64,000 nucleotides of DNA from Yuukianura sp. NJ FZ-2021. Lineage: Eukaryota. This document shows positions 28,505 through 38,992 of this stretch, piece by piece. The notes under the pieces were generated by a model. That model saw only the letters and a program-made list of their open reading frames with translations. It was not told the DNA's origin and made no database searches. The DNA is taken from the NCBI GenBank assembly GCA_046563655.1, contig CM102287.1:620001-684000 (forward strand), written 5' to 3'. The position numbers were made by a program, and so were the translations under genes. Positions within the stretch are counted from its first letter, which is position 1. Each line of letters starts with the position of its first letter.

Positions 28505-31500
28505 AGTTGCGTTGAGTTACTTAGCATACCTATTCGTAAGAAGTATTTATAATGTCAAGCAACTAATTAGTCTCATAGGCAAGATAGAGCTACATATTTG
28601 CAAAGCATCCAGTAATGGGGCTCTCGATACTGGTGTTTACATTTAGAGCCCCATAATGTCACTACAGTAAATAGCTATCCCCCCTAAGTTCTCTGATGAA
28701 GGTTTCTCATCTTGGAGCCATAACATTAGATGCTAGGTGGGATTGTGGGTATTGCTATAACTTCAACGTAACCTTTGCATGTATTGTTGGCCATGATTTT
28801 AGTAAAGCATTTATTCCAAAGCAAATTGTGCTGATATTTGCCATCGTTACCAACTGGGAACAAATCCATCAAATATCCATTTGTCATTTTTGAAAAGTGC
28901 CTACTTTTGATATTAAGTTGCGTTGAGTTACTTAGCATACCTATTCGTAAGAAGTATTTATAATGTCAAGCAACTAATTAGTCTCATAGGCAAGATAGAG
29001 CTACATATTTGCAAAGCATCCAGTAATGAGGCTCTCGATACTGGTGTTTACATTTAGAGCCCCATGATTTCACTACAGTAAATAGCTATCCCCCCTAAGT
29101 TCTCTGATGAAGGTTTCTCATCTTGGAGCCATAACATTAGATGCTAGGTGGGGTTGTGGGTATTGCTATAACTTCAATGTAACCTTTGCATGTATTGTTG
29201 GCCATGATTTTAGTAAATCATTTATTCCAAAGCAAATTGTGCTGATATTTGCCATCGTTACCAACTGGGAACAAATCCATCAAATATCCCTTTGTCATTT
29301 TTGAAAACTGCCTACTTTTGATATTAAGTTGCGTTGAGTTACTTAGCATACCTATACGTAAGAAGTATTTATAATGTCAAGCAACTAGTTAGTCTCATAG
29401 GCAAGATAGAGCTACATATTTGCAAAGCATCCAGTAATGGGGCTCTCGATACTGGTGTTTACATTTAGAGCCCCATGGTTTCACTACAGTAAATAGCTAT
29501 CCCCCCTAAGTTATCTGATGAAGGTTTCTCATCTTGGAGCCCTAACATTAGAGGCTTGGCAGGGTTGTGGGTATTGCTATAACTTCAATGTAACCTTTGC
29601 ATGTATTGTTGGCCATGATTTTAGTAAAGCATTTATTCCAAAGCAAATTGTGCTGATATTTGCCATCGTTACCAACTGGGAACAAATCCATCAAATATCC
29701 CTTTGTCATTTTTGAAAACTGCCTACTTTTGATATTAAGTTGCGTTGAGCTACTTAGCATACCTATTTGTAAGAAGTATTTATAATGTCAAGCAACTAGT
29801 TAGTCTCATAGGCAAGATAGAGCTACATATTTGCAAAGCATCCAGTAATGGGGCTCTCGATACTGGTGTTTACATTTAGAGCCCCATGATTTCACTACAG
29901 TAAATAGCTATCCCCCCTAAGTTATCTGATGAAGGTTTCTCATTTTGGAGCCCTAACATTAGAGGCTTGGCAGGGTTGTGGTATTGCAATAACTTCAATG
30001 TAACCTTTGCATGTTTTGTTGGCCATGATTTTAGTAAAGCATTTATTCTAAAGCAAATTGTGCTGATATTTGCCATCGTTACCAACTTGGAACAAATCCA
30101 TCAAATATCCCTTTGTCATTTTTGAAAAGTGCCTACTTTTGATATTAAGTTGCGTTGAGTTACTTAGCATACCTATTCGTAAGAAGTATTTATAATGTCA
30201 AGCAACTAATTATTCTCATAGGCAAGATAGAGCTATATATTTGCAAAGCATCCAGTAATGGGGCTCTCGATACTGGTGTTTACATTTAGAGCCCCATGAT
30301 TTAACTACAGTAAATAGCTATCCCCCCTAAGTTCTCTGATGAAGGTTTCTCATCTTGGAGCCATAACATTAGATGCTAGGTGGGGTTGTGGGTATTGCTA
30401 TAACTTCAATGTAACCTTTGCATGTATTGTTGGCCATGATTTTAGTAAAGCATTTATTCCAAAGCAAATTGTGCTGATATTTGCCATCGTTACCAACTGG
30501 GAACAAATCCATGAAATATCCCTTTGTCATTTTTGAAAACTGCCTACTTTTGATATTAAGTTGCGTTGAGTTACTTAGCATACCTATTTGTAAGAAGTAT
30601 TTATAATGTCAAGCAACTAGTTAGTCTCATAGGCAAGATAGAGCTACATATTTGCAAAGCATCCAGTAATGGGGCTCTCGATACTGGTGTTTACATTTAG
30701 AGCCCCATGATTTCACTACAGTAAATGGCTATCCCCCCTAAGTTATCTGATGAAGGTTTCTCATTTTGGAGCCCTAACATTAGAGGCTTGGCAGGGTTGT
30801 GGGTATTGCTATAACTTCAATGTAACCTTTGCATGTTTTGTTGGCCATGATTTTAGTAAAGCATTTATTCTAAAGCAAATTGTGCTGATATTTGCCATCG
30901 TTACCAACTGGGAACAAATCCATCAAATATCCCTTTGTCATTTTTGAAAAGTGCCTACTTTTGATATTAAGTTGCGTTGAGCTACTTAGCATACCTATTT
31001 GTAAGAAGTATTTATAATGTCAAGCAACTAGTTAGTCTCATAGGCAAGATAGAGCTACATATTTGCAAAGCATCCAGTAATGGGGCTCTCGATACTGGTG
31101 TTTCCATTTAGAGCCCCATGATTTCACTACAGTAAATAGCTATCCCCCTAAGTTATCTGATGAAGGTTTCTCATCTTGGAGCCCTAACATTAGAGGCTTG
31201 GCAGGGTTGTGGGTATTGCTATAACTTCAATGTAACCTTTGCATGTATTGTTGGCCATGATTTTAGTAAAGCATTTATTCTAAAGCAAATTGTGCTGATA
31301 TTTGCCATCGTTACCAACTGGGAACAAATCCATCAAATATCCCTTTGTCATTTTTGAAAAGTGCCTACTTTTGATATTAAGTTGCGTTGAGTTACTTAGC
31401 ATACCTATACGTAAGAAGTATTTATAATGTCAAGCAACTAATTATTCTCATAGGCAAGATAGAGCTACATATTTGCAAAGCATCCAGTAATGGGGCTCTC

Positions 31501-32123
31501 GATACTGGTGTTTCCATTTAGAGCCCCATGATTTCACTACAGTAAATAGCTATCCCCCCTAAGTTATCTGATGAAGGTTTCTCATCTTGGAGCCCTAACA
31601 TTAGAGGCTTGGCAGGGTTGTGGGTATTGCTATAACTTCAATGTAACCTTTGCATGTATTGTTGGCCATGATTTTAGTAAAGCATTTATTCTAAAGCAAA
31701 TTGTGCTGATATTTGCCATCGTTACCAACTGGGAACAAATCCATCAAATATCCCTTTGTCATTTTTGAAAAGTGCCTACTTTTGATATTAAGTTGCGTTG
31801 AGTTACTTAGCATACCTATACGTAAGAAGTATTTATAATGTCAAGCAACTAATTATTCTCATAGGCAAGATAGAGCTACATATTTGCAAAGCATCCAGTA
31901 ATGGGGCTCTCGATACTGGTGTTTACATTTAGAGCCCCATGATTTCACTACAGTAAATAGCTATCCCCCTAAGTTATCTGATGAAGGTTTCTCATCTTGG
32001 AGCCCTAACATTAGAGGCTTGGCAGGGTTGTGGGTGTTGCTATAACTTCAATGTAACCTTTGCATGTATTGTTGGCCATGATTTTAGTAAAGCATTTATT
32101 CCAAAGCAAATTGTGCTGATATT
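28505..32123. repeat. Satellite array block 2 (~9 monomers, more diverged)
   Basis: Same 410/411-bp monomer resumes in register after the TSD. Confidence 0.99.
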
Positions 32124-32488
32124 TGAAGCGGAGAGGGACTGACGAAGGACGGATTCGGAACTCCGGGGAAAACCGAGTAGCTAGGAATAGGTAGAGTAGG
32201 AGGACTATGTTCTCGAGATAGGATACAGAAATATTCTTTTTCACATTTTTCTGTAACGAGAGTCTCTTCCCAACCTTCAACAAGTGAACACCTAATTAAA
32301 AGTCTATTCCATTAGTTCACTGTTGTTGTCACGACCAGTTCATTTCTCAGTTGATGTTGGCTCAATAGGAGAACCTAGCATTGTTGACCTCAGGTCAAAT
32401 CTTCTCTCCAGGAAGATTCGACCTGAACTGCAGATTTCCCTGTAGAGGAAATCACAGTTACGGTCTCAGGGACTGCGGGGTTGTTGCA
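32124..32488 (+). repeat. 5' LTR of Gypsy element A
   Basis: TGAAGCGGAG...GTTGTTGCA; direct repeat of 41001-41365. Confidence 0.97.
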
Positions 32489-33350
32489 GTGGCGACCGAA
32501 GGGATCATTCCAGTGATGTCATGTTGTCAACTGAAATGAAAGGTCAAGAGGTCAAGTGAGACTTTCCGGTAGAGAAAGGCTCAATTGAAGACAATTGAAG
32601 AAGGAGACGAGATAAATTGATGAGAATTTCCCTGTAGAGGAAATTCTGACCTACCAGCTGATTGATTTTCCTGCAGAGAAAAGCAATCCAGCATTGGAAT
32701 AAATCGAAAACCTGCCTGTATTTTCCAGTAGAGAAAAGACGGGTCAGGTCAAAGGTCAAATAAAGGCACGGGTGCTGCCAAAAATTTTCCGAAAATCGTT
32801 TTCACGCACGGGTGCTGCCCGATTTTTTCAAAAATTCAAACACTTTGAAATTTTTCTGAAGAGAAAAGTTCAAAGGTCGAAGACACCAAACCTACGGACA
32901 GAGAGCAATTCGTCGCTCATTTTGAAAAATCCTGAAGAGATTTTTCGAAAAACTGAACCGATTTTCCGGTAGAGAAAATCGTTCACTGTCCAATTGATGC
33001 CAAATTAAGAGGAGGAAGAGATTCGCTTAACAACCCTGACATAAATAAAGGCACGGGTGCTGCCAAAAAATTCCTAAAAATCAGACATTACGCACGGGTG
33101 CTGCCCAAAATTTTTCAAAAAGTTGAAATCACGCACGGGTGCTGCCCGATTTTCCAAAAATTACCAAATACTTTGATTTCCCTGAAGAGGAAATCGAAAA
33201 CACAAGGAGAGGAACAAGTTGTAACTTGGAGTTGAAGCTCCTGAAGAGAGCATCGACACCAAGACCATCTCAAAACCACTTAAAACAAACAGAATCCTAA
33301 AAATCGCCTCAGTTAACTGGTTTAATTGAAATTGCTGTAGAGAATTTCGT
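32433..33350 (+). promoter_or_regulatory. Array of stem-loops with conserved 7-nt loop C[T/A/G]G[T/A/C]AGA in LTR U5/5' leader
   Basis: Loops at 32440, 32567, 32632, 32671, 32726, 32856, 32932, 32967, 33182, 33241, ~33336, each flanked by different but self-complementary arms. Confidence 0.8.
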
Positions 33351-33366
33351 TTTCCAGCATTAACTA

Positions 33367-35010
33367 ATGAGCAGAAGGGAAGTGAGAGATTTAGAACAAA
33401 ACTTTCGTGCATTCCTACGTGGATTCAACATGGACAGACAAAACATAAATCCAATTCCTGAAGAACCAATTGATGTTGATGATCTTGAAGGTGACATGCA
33501 TATTCAGAATCCAGTAGATGATGATGATGATTATTCAAATGGAGGTTCAGATGCAAGTTCCGTTATTCAACGAACTGTACCAAACCAAGTCCCTATCGTC
33601 TCATCTGCTGCTCCAACAATCACAACTCAAGCTTCAACAGCAACATCAGGCATGCGTACTACGGGTTCTGGTCCATCCAGTTCACGTACTGTACCGAGTG
33701 GAGCAGATTATGTTCGCATTCCACAATCAAGTCAAATTAATGAACAAAATATTGCGAAATGGATCAATGAGGGATTAGCTGCTATGGTTTCAGAAATTGT
33801 GAATCCTATACATACGGCTCTAACACGATTGGATAGACGCATGCACAGAATGGAGAATGACAATGCAAATCCTACTGGCAGCCAATTCTACCAACCACAA
33901 TTTAACCAGAGACAGCAAATTAATCAACCTCAACAAGATTTCCTAAATGCTCTGCAAGGAATTCGCCTGACAACAGTCAGTTCTGCAATTCCAATTCCCA
34001 AGTTCAATCATAAGAAAACAACAGCTTCAGACTTCTTGAAGGATGTTGAACGATATTACAGAGCTCAACAGTACAATGAAAGTGACTACTTGTATTTGGT
34101 CAAAAACATTTTGCCAAATGACGCAAAGGAATGGTGGGACCATGTACGTCACAGAATCGATGACTGGGATGAATTCAAACAAGAATTTATGGAGAAATAC
34201 GACGGAGCTACTAACATCATGGAACGAATGAGGCTTTTGCAAACAAGACTTCAGCGTGTCCATGAGCCAACAGAGTCTTTCATTTTCGAAATGATGAAGA
34301 TGTCAAAGGTCGTTTATCCAAATGAACCTACAGAAATGGCTGTTGAAAGAACAAGAAATGCCCTATTTCCACAGTTGCGACTGGGTTTAGGAGCTCAAGA
34401 AATTAAAACACCGGAGGCTCTAGTCAAAGCTTGTCACGTGGTTCACCGTAGCCTGGAAGCTAACGCCAGAATATACAGAGAGAAATTACGCCTACCGCCG
34501 TTGAGTAAACACGAACTTGAAGAATCTAAGAAAAATCAAGGCCCCAAACAAAAATCTGAAGAAAAGTCAACTGAAAAAACGGAAGCTGAGTCGTATCGCG
34601 GTTCAACTTTCTTTCGTGGACAAAGGGGATTCAATCAAAGATACAATTCAAATTCTAGACGTCCCTTTCGCGGCGGAAGAGGAAATTTCCCTGGAAGAGG
34701 AAATTTCACTTATCGCGGTGGAAGATGGAACGGAAATCCAAGAGATGACAAACAAAATGACAAACCTCAAGAAACAAAGCCAAGTCAAAATCCATCTGAC
34801 AAGAACAAACTGGCTAACGTTCAATGCATGAAATGTAAAGGCTTTGGCCATCTTACAAAAATGCGTCCAAACAAAACCGGATTGGCACTTCCCGCTCATG
34901 ATGAGGAATGGGAAACGGAGTATGAAGAGGAATACTACCAAGAAGAGCAAATGGATGACGAAAGTACCAATCAAAATCCAGATTTAAACTCCAAAGGGAG
35001 ACACCAATAA
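33367..35010 (+). CDS. gag: Gag of element A (547 aa)
   Basis: Capsid-like AKEWWDHV...WDEFKQEFMEKY; RGG-rich NC region; degenerate knuckle CMKCKGFGHLTKMR. Confidence 0.9.
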   Translation: MSRREVRDLEQNFRAFLRGFNMDRQNINPIPEEPIDVDDLEGDMHIQNPVDDDDDYSNGGSDASSVIQRTVPNQVPIVSSAAPTITTQASTATSGMRTTGSGPSSSRTVPSGADYVRIPQSSQINEQNIAKWINEGLAAMVSEIVNPIHTALTRLDRRMHRMENDNANPTGSQFYQPQFNQRQQINQPQQDFLNALQGIRLTTVSSAIPIPKFNHKKTTASDFLKDVERYYRAQQYNESDYLYLVKNILPNDAKEWWDHVRHRIDDWDEFKQEFMEKYDGATNIMERMRLLQTRLQRVHEPTESFIFEMMKMSKVVYPNEPTEMAVERTRNALFPQLRLGLGAQEIKTPEALVKACHVVHRSLEANARIYREKLRLPPLSKHELEESKKNQGPKQKSEEKSTEKTEAESYRGSTFFRGQRGFNQRYNSNSRRPFRGGRGNFPGRGNFTYRGGRWNGNPRDDKQNDKPQETKPSQNPSDKNKLANVQCMKCKGFGHLTKMRPNKTGLALPAHDEEWETEYEEEYYQEEQMDDESTNQNPDLNSKGRHQ

Positions 35011-35032
35011 ACACCTCGATGTGTGTTCTCCC
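34983..35032 (+). promoter_or_regulatory. -1 ribosomal frameshift signal of element A
   Basis: Slippery T TTA AAC in gag frame, then stem GGGAGACAC...GTGTTCTCCC; the -1 frame is open into pol. Confidence 0.8.
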
Positions 35033-38000
35033 AATTCTCAACCGAATATCCAGAGGTGTACCTACAATTCAAGCTACTTCAAATCAATTCAAATTTTCGG
35101 CACTCTTGGACTCAGGATCTAAGTTTTGCATTATGACAGAACAATTGGCAAAAGACACCAAATCAAAAATTTCAAAATCAGAAACTTCTGTACTTCGCGG
35201 ATTGGCGGGGAAAGTACAAACAATTGGCAAAGTCAAACTTCAATTCAAAATTGGAAATCGATTAATCAATTGGCAATTTCAAGTAGTGGAGAAGCTTCCA
35301 GTCTCTTGCATTCTTGGAGCTGACTTCATTCAGAAAAACAAAATTCTGTTTGACTTAGACGAATCAAAATTTTGGTTCAAGGAGGAGCCACACCAAACAT
35401 TTTTCATCAGAGGATTTCATGACAAGAAACCCAAGCTTAGGCTATCAGTCACATCTTCCGCTTTCGAATTTTCCAGTAGAGAAAAGTCGATTGACGATCG
35501 TGTGAAAGAGATCCTAGACAAATTCCCAAATGTTGCAAGAAAGGATGGAAAATTTGGACGAACGGATGTCACATACCATGTCATTGACACTGAAGGTCCA
35601 CCAGTCAAACAACGTCCATACAAAACTTCACCAATGATGAGAGAAATTATCAAACAAAATGTCGAAATTCTAGAAAAAAATGGAATGATCAGACCATCCA
35701 GATCACCGTATGCATCACCAGTCGTTTTAGATCAAAAGAAAAATGGCCAGTGGAGGCTCTGCATTGACTACAAACGTCTCAATAAACAAACAAAAGACAA
35801 TGCTGGACCGATGCATAACGCTCACACAATTTTAAGACAAATTCCAGCAGGTTACTGGTATTCAGTCATTGATCTTCAGGCTGGATATTGGCAAATCATG
35901 CTGTCAGAAGAAAGTATTGAAAAATCCGCTTTCATTACAGAAGATGGACATTGGGATCTACTCGTTATGGGTTTCGGATTGAAAAATGCTCCAAAAACAT
36001 TTGCAGCATTGATGAACATTGTCCTTAAAGACGCAATTGGTAAATACGTTCATGTATTTATTGATGACACCATCATTTTCTCCAAAGATTTGGAAACTCA
36101 TCTCAAGCATATTGAAATGGTCATGGAGAAACTCAATACCGCAAATCTAACAATCAACTTGGAAAAATCAATTTTTGCCAAGCGGAGAGTTCCATTTCTT
36201 GGACATACAATTGGAGAAGACGGATTGAAAAAGAATTTAGACAAAATGGAAGCTATTACAGACTATCCAAAACCTCAATGTGTCAAGGACGTACAGCGAT
36301 TTCATGGCATGTGTCAATGGTATTCTACATTCATTGAACACTTTGCGCAGAAAGCTGAACCCTTATACAAGCTTCTACGAAAAGGAACAAAATGGAATTG
36401 GGGTGAAGATCAAGAAAGATCGTTCCAGACTCTCAAAAAAGACATTTGCAATGAAGTAATACTCAAAGAAGTCGACTATTCCAAACCAATTATCCTCAAA
36501 TGTGACGCATCCGATATTGGCTTGGGCGCAGCGCTGGTCCAAGTTATAGATGAAAAGGAACGGCCAATACTTTTCATCTCCAAAATTCTGAAGAAAACAG
36601 AACGGAGTGCACACATTTATGAGAAGGAAGTTTATGCAATCGTCTGGGCGTTAAAAACTCTCAAACACTATCTGCAAGGTTACAGTTTCAAAATCTACAC
36701 AGACAGCAGAGCAGTCAACTACATCAAAGGACTTAAAGACTCAAAACCAAAGTTCATGAGATGGGCTCAAGAAATTGATCGCTGGAATGCGACAATTGAA
36801 TTAAGAAAAGGCAAAGAGAATGTCGAGGCAGATGCTCTCTCACGGGCGCCAGTTGACAGTCACAATACAGAAGACATGGATGATCCTGAAGAGATCATCT
36901 ATACTCCTGTATGTTTCTGTTATGATACGCCGACATGGAGCCAAATCAAAAAAGAACAAGAAAAGGACATTGAAATTTCACGTCTCAAGAAATTGCTTTG
37001 TTATGACCCTTCAAATTCCAAGTGCGCACACTTCGTAGTTGAAGATGGAATAGTGAAGCGTCTAGTCGAGATTCCGCTCAAGAGAATCAACAAGTACTCT
37101 CTCGCAGATACTTCCGAGGTTCACTCATTAGTAGCTGAAACTCAAATTCAAAAAATGGAAATTCCGGGTTTCCAAAAATGTACATCCTGTGCCGAGGAAC
37201 AACTTCCAGTTCAGTCAGTAGGGATCGTTCCAGACTCAAATCAAACCAAAATGTCAAAACAGAAGTTAGTTTGGCAAAAAATCAAGATTCCAGTTATTCC
37301 AAAGTCACTCCAAAATGAAATTCTCAAGATATTTCATGATGCACCAGAGTCAGGTCATCCAGGAGTCAGGAAGACAAAGGAAAAAATCAAAGATAGATGT
37401 TTCTGGAATGGAATGAATAAGGACATTGCCGACTACGTCAAGTCGTGCAAAATCTGTCAAACGACAAAGCCAGACAATACCTTACCATCCGGGTTGCTTC
37501 AATCAAAAGATTACGCTACATCAGTTTTTTCTACACTACACATCGATTTTCTAGGCCCTATGGTGCCTAGTTCAAGAAGAAACAAGTTCATTTTGGTCGT
37601 AATCGATGAATTATCCAAGTGGGTGGAGCTATTTCCCATGACATCAGACACATCAGCAAAAGTTGCAGAAGTTTTAGAAGATTCAATATTTTGTCGTTTC
37701 GGAGTTGCCAAAGTTATCCTTTCTGACAATGCGAGTCAGTTCAAATCCAAAATAATCAAGAAATTGTGCAAACAATGGAGAATCCAACATCGTTTCATTA
37801 GCCCATACCATCCACAGCCAAATCAAGCAGAAAGAGTTAACAGAAATCTAAAGGCAATGATACAAGCATACGTCGAAAATAACCACAGAACTTGGGATGT
37901 TCATCTTCAAAAATTCGCATTTGCACTGAGAACATCAATAAACGAATCGACAAAAGTCACACCAGCTCTTTTGAACTTAGGCAGAAATTTGCCACTTCCG

Positions 38001-38552
38001 TTTGACAGAAATTTGGAAGCCGAAGGAAATACCAATTTTGACGAAGAAAGAGAGAAATTGACAGATTTACCCGAGAAACTACAAGAAATAATCAAATGGG
38101 TACGAGAGAACATGGAGGAGGCACATGAGAAAAATAAGAAAAATTACGACATTTCTCATCGAGAAGTTACGTACGACATTGGTGATTTAGTCTTGGTCAG
38201 AAATCACCCAATTTCCAAGAAGGACGATGCGGTTATGCAAAAACTTTCAAAACGTTGGCTTGGCCCATTCAAAATTACATCAAAAACCGCAGACGCAAGC
38301 TACGAGTTAGCAAATCCTGTCACAAACAAGAAATTCGGAAAACGTCACGTTTCGGAGCTAAAACCATTTTTTGTGCGAGAAGAAACTGCGTCAGAAAACA
38401 AGCCCAGTCACCTTCCGAAGACTAAAACAATTACCAGGAAGTTAGGCCAGAAGAAACCAACTACTGACATTCCGACAAGTCCAGCAGTTACCAGAAAATT
38501 ACGCGAAAGAAAACAAGTAAATTATAGGTCAATGGCAGGCCTACGTCAATAG
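34983..38552 (+). CDS. pol: Pol of element A (protease, RT, RNase H, integrase), expressed via -1 frameshift
   Basis: LLDSGS; WRLCIDYKRLN, DLQAGYWQI, FIDD; CDASDIGLGA; H...GH...CKIC; IDFLGP, SDNASQF, AERVNR; GPF. Confidence 0.96.
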   Translation, partial: FKLQRETPINTSMCVLPILNRISRGVPTIQATSNQFKFSALLDSGSKFCIMTEQLAKDTKSKISKSETSVLRGLAGKVQTIGKVKLQFKIGNRLINWQFQVVEKLPVSCILGADFIQKNKILFDLDESKFWFKEEPHQTFFIRGFHDKKPKLRLSVTSSAFEFSSREKSIDDRVKEILDKFPNVARKDGKFGRTDVTYHVIDTEGPPVKQRPYKTSPMMREIIKQNVEILEKNGMIRPSRSPYASPVVLDQKKNGQWRLCIDYKRLNKQTKDNAGPMHNAHTILRQIPAGYWYSVIDLQAGYWQIMLSEESIEKSAFITEDGHWDLLVMGFGLKNAPKTFAALMNIVLKDAIGKYVHVFIDDTIIFSKDLETHLKHIEMVMEKLNTANLTINLEKSIFAKRRVPFLGHTIGEDGLKKNLDKMEAITDYPKPQCVKDVQRFHGMCQWYSTFIEHFAQKAEPLYKLLRKGTKWNWGEDQERSFQTLKKDICNEVILKEVDYSKPIILKCDASDIGLGAALVQVIDEKERPILFISKILKKTERSAHIYEKEVYAIVWALKTLKHYLQGYSFKIYTDSRAVNYIKGLKDSKPKFMRWAQEIDRWNATIELRKGKENVEADALSRAPVDSHNTEDMDDPEEIIYTPVCFCYDTPTWSQIKKEQEKDIEISRLKKLLCYDPSNSKCAHFVVEDGIVKRLVEIPLKRINKYSLADTSEVHSLVAETQIQKMEIPGFQKCTSCAEEQLPVQSVGIVPDSNQTKMSKQKLVWQKIKIPVIPKSLQNEILKIFHDAPESGHPGVRKTKEKIKDRCFWNGMNKDIADYVKSCKICQTTKPDNTLPSGLLQSKDYATSVFSTLHIDFLGPMVPSSRRNKFILVVIDELSKWVELFPMTSDTSAKVAEVLEDSIFCRFGVAKVILSDNASQFKSKIIKKLCKQWRIQHRFISPYHPQPNQAERVNRNLKAMIQAYVENNHRTWDVHLQKFAFALRTSINESTKVTPALLNLGRNLPLPFDRNLEAEGNTNFDEEREKLTDLPEKLQEIIKWVRENMEEAHEKNKKNYDISHREVTYDIGDLVLVRNHPISKKDDAVMQKLSKRWLGPFKITSKTADASYELANPVTNKKFGKRHVSELKPFFVREETASENKPSHLPKTKTITRKLGQKKPTTDIPTSPAVTRKLRERKQVNYRSMAGLRQ

Positions 38553-38859
38553 TTAAGTCAAAATAATAATTAATAATTAGTTAAGAAATTATTCAAAGTA
38601 TTACAATATAAATCGTAATATTAATAGATTTATAATTTTCCTTTATTATTTCATAATTCATTCATATTTATTCATAATCGTACTGAAATAGTATAATTCC
38701 AGTATTTAGTTGTTAGATTTAATGTTAAGTAAAGTAAAATCGCACGTTGACGTTAAGCAGTTTCCGCTAAATCAGAGCTTTAGGCATATCCTCACCCACG
38801 AGCGCCACTCTCTCACATGCTTTCTAGATCCAGCACAGCACAGTCGAGAGATATACTCT

Positions 38860-38991
38860 AATTTCCCTGTAGAGGAAATTGGAATTCAAAAACTGAAAAT
38901 CTCCTGTAGAGAGAATTTCGGATTCAAAAAACGTTCAACTGATTTTCCAGAAGAGAAAATCGGTGTTGACTTCTCTGTAGAAGAAGTCGAC
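38860..38991 (+). promoter_or_regulatory. Four CNGNAGA-loop hairpins immediately upstream of ORF3 ATG
   Basis: AATTTCC-CTGTAGA-GGAAATT; AATCTC-CTGTAGA-GAGAATT; GATTTTC-CAGAAGA-GAAAATC; GACTTCT-CTGTAGA-AGAAGTC. Confidence 0.8.
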
Positions 38992-38992
38992 A

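Noticed and set aside
22171..28509. 7-bp TSD TAAGTTG for the BEL element
   Set aside because: The TA is also present at the end of the 5' LTR, so it belongs to the LTR; the 5-bp AGTTG fits BEL/Pao
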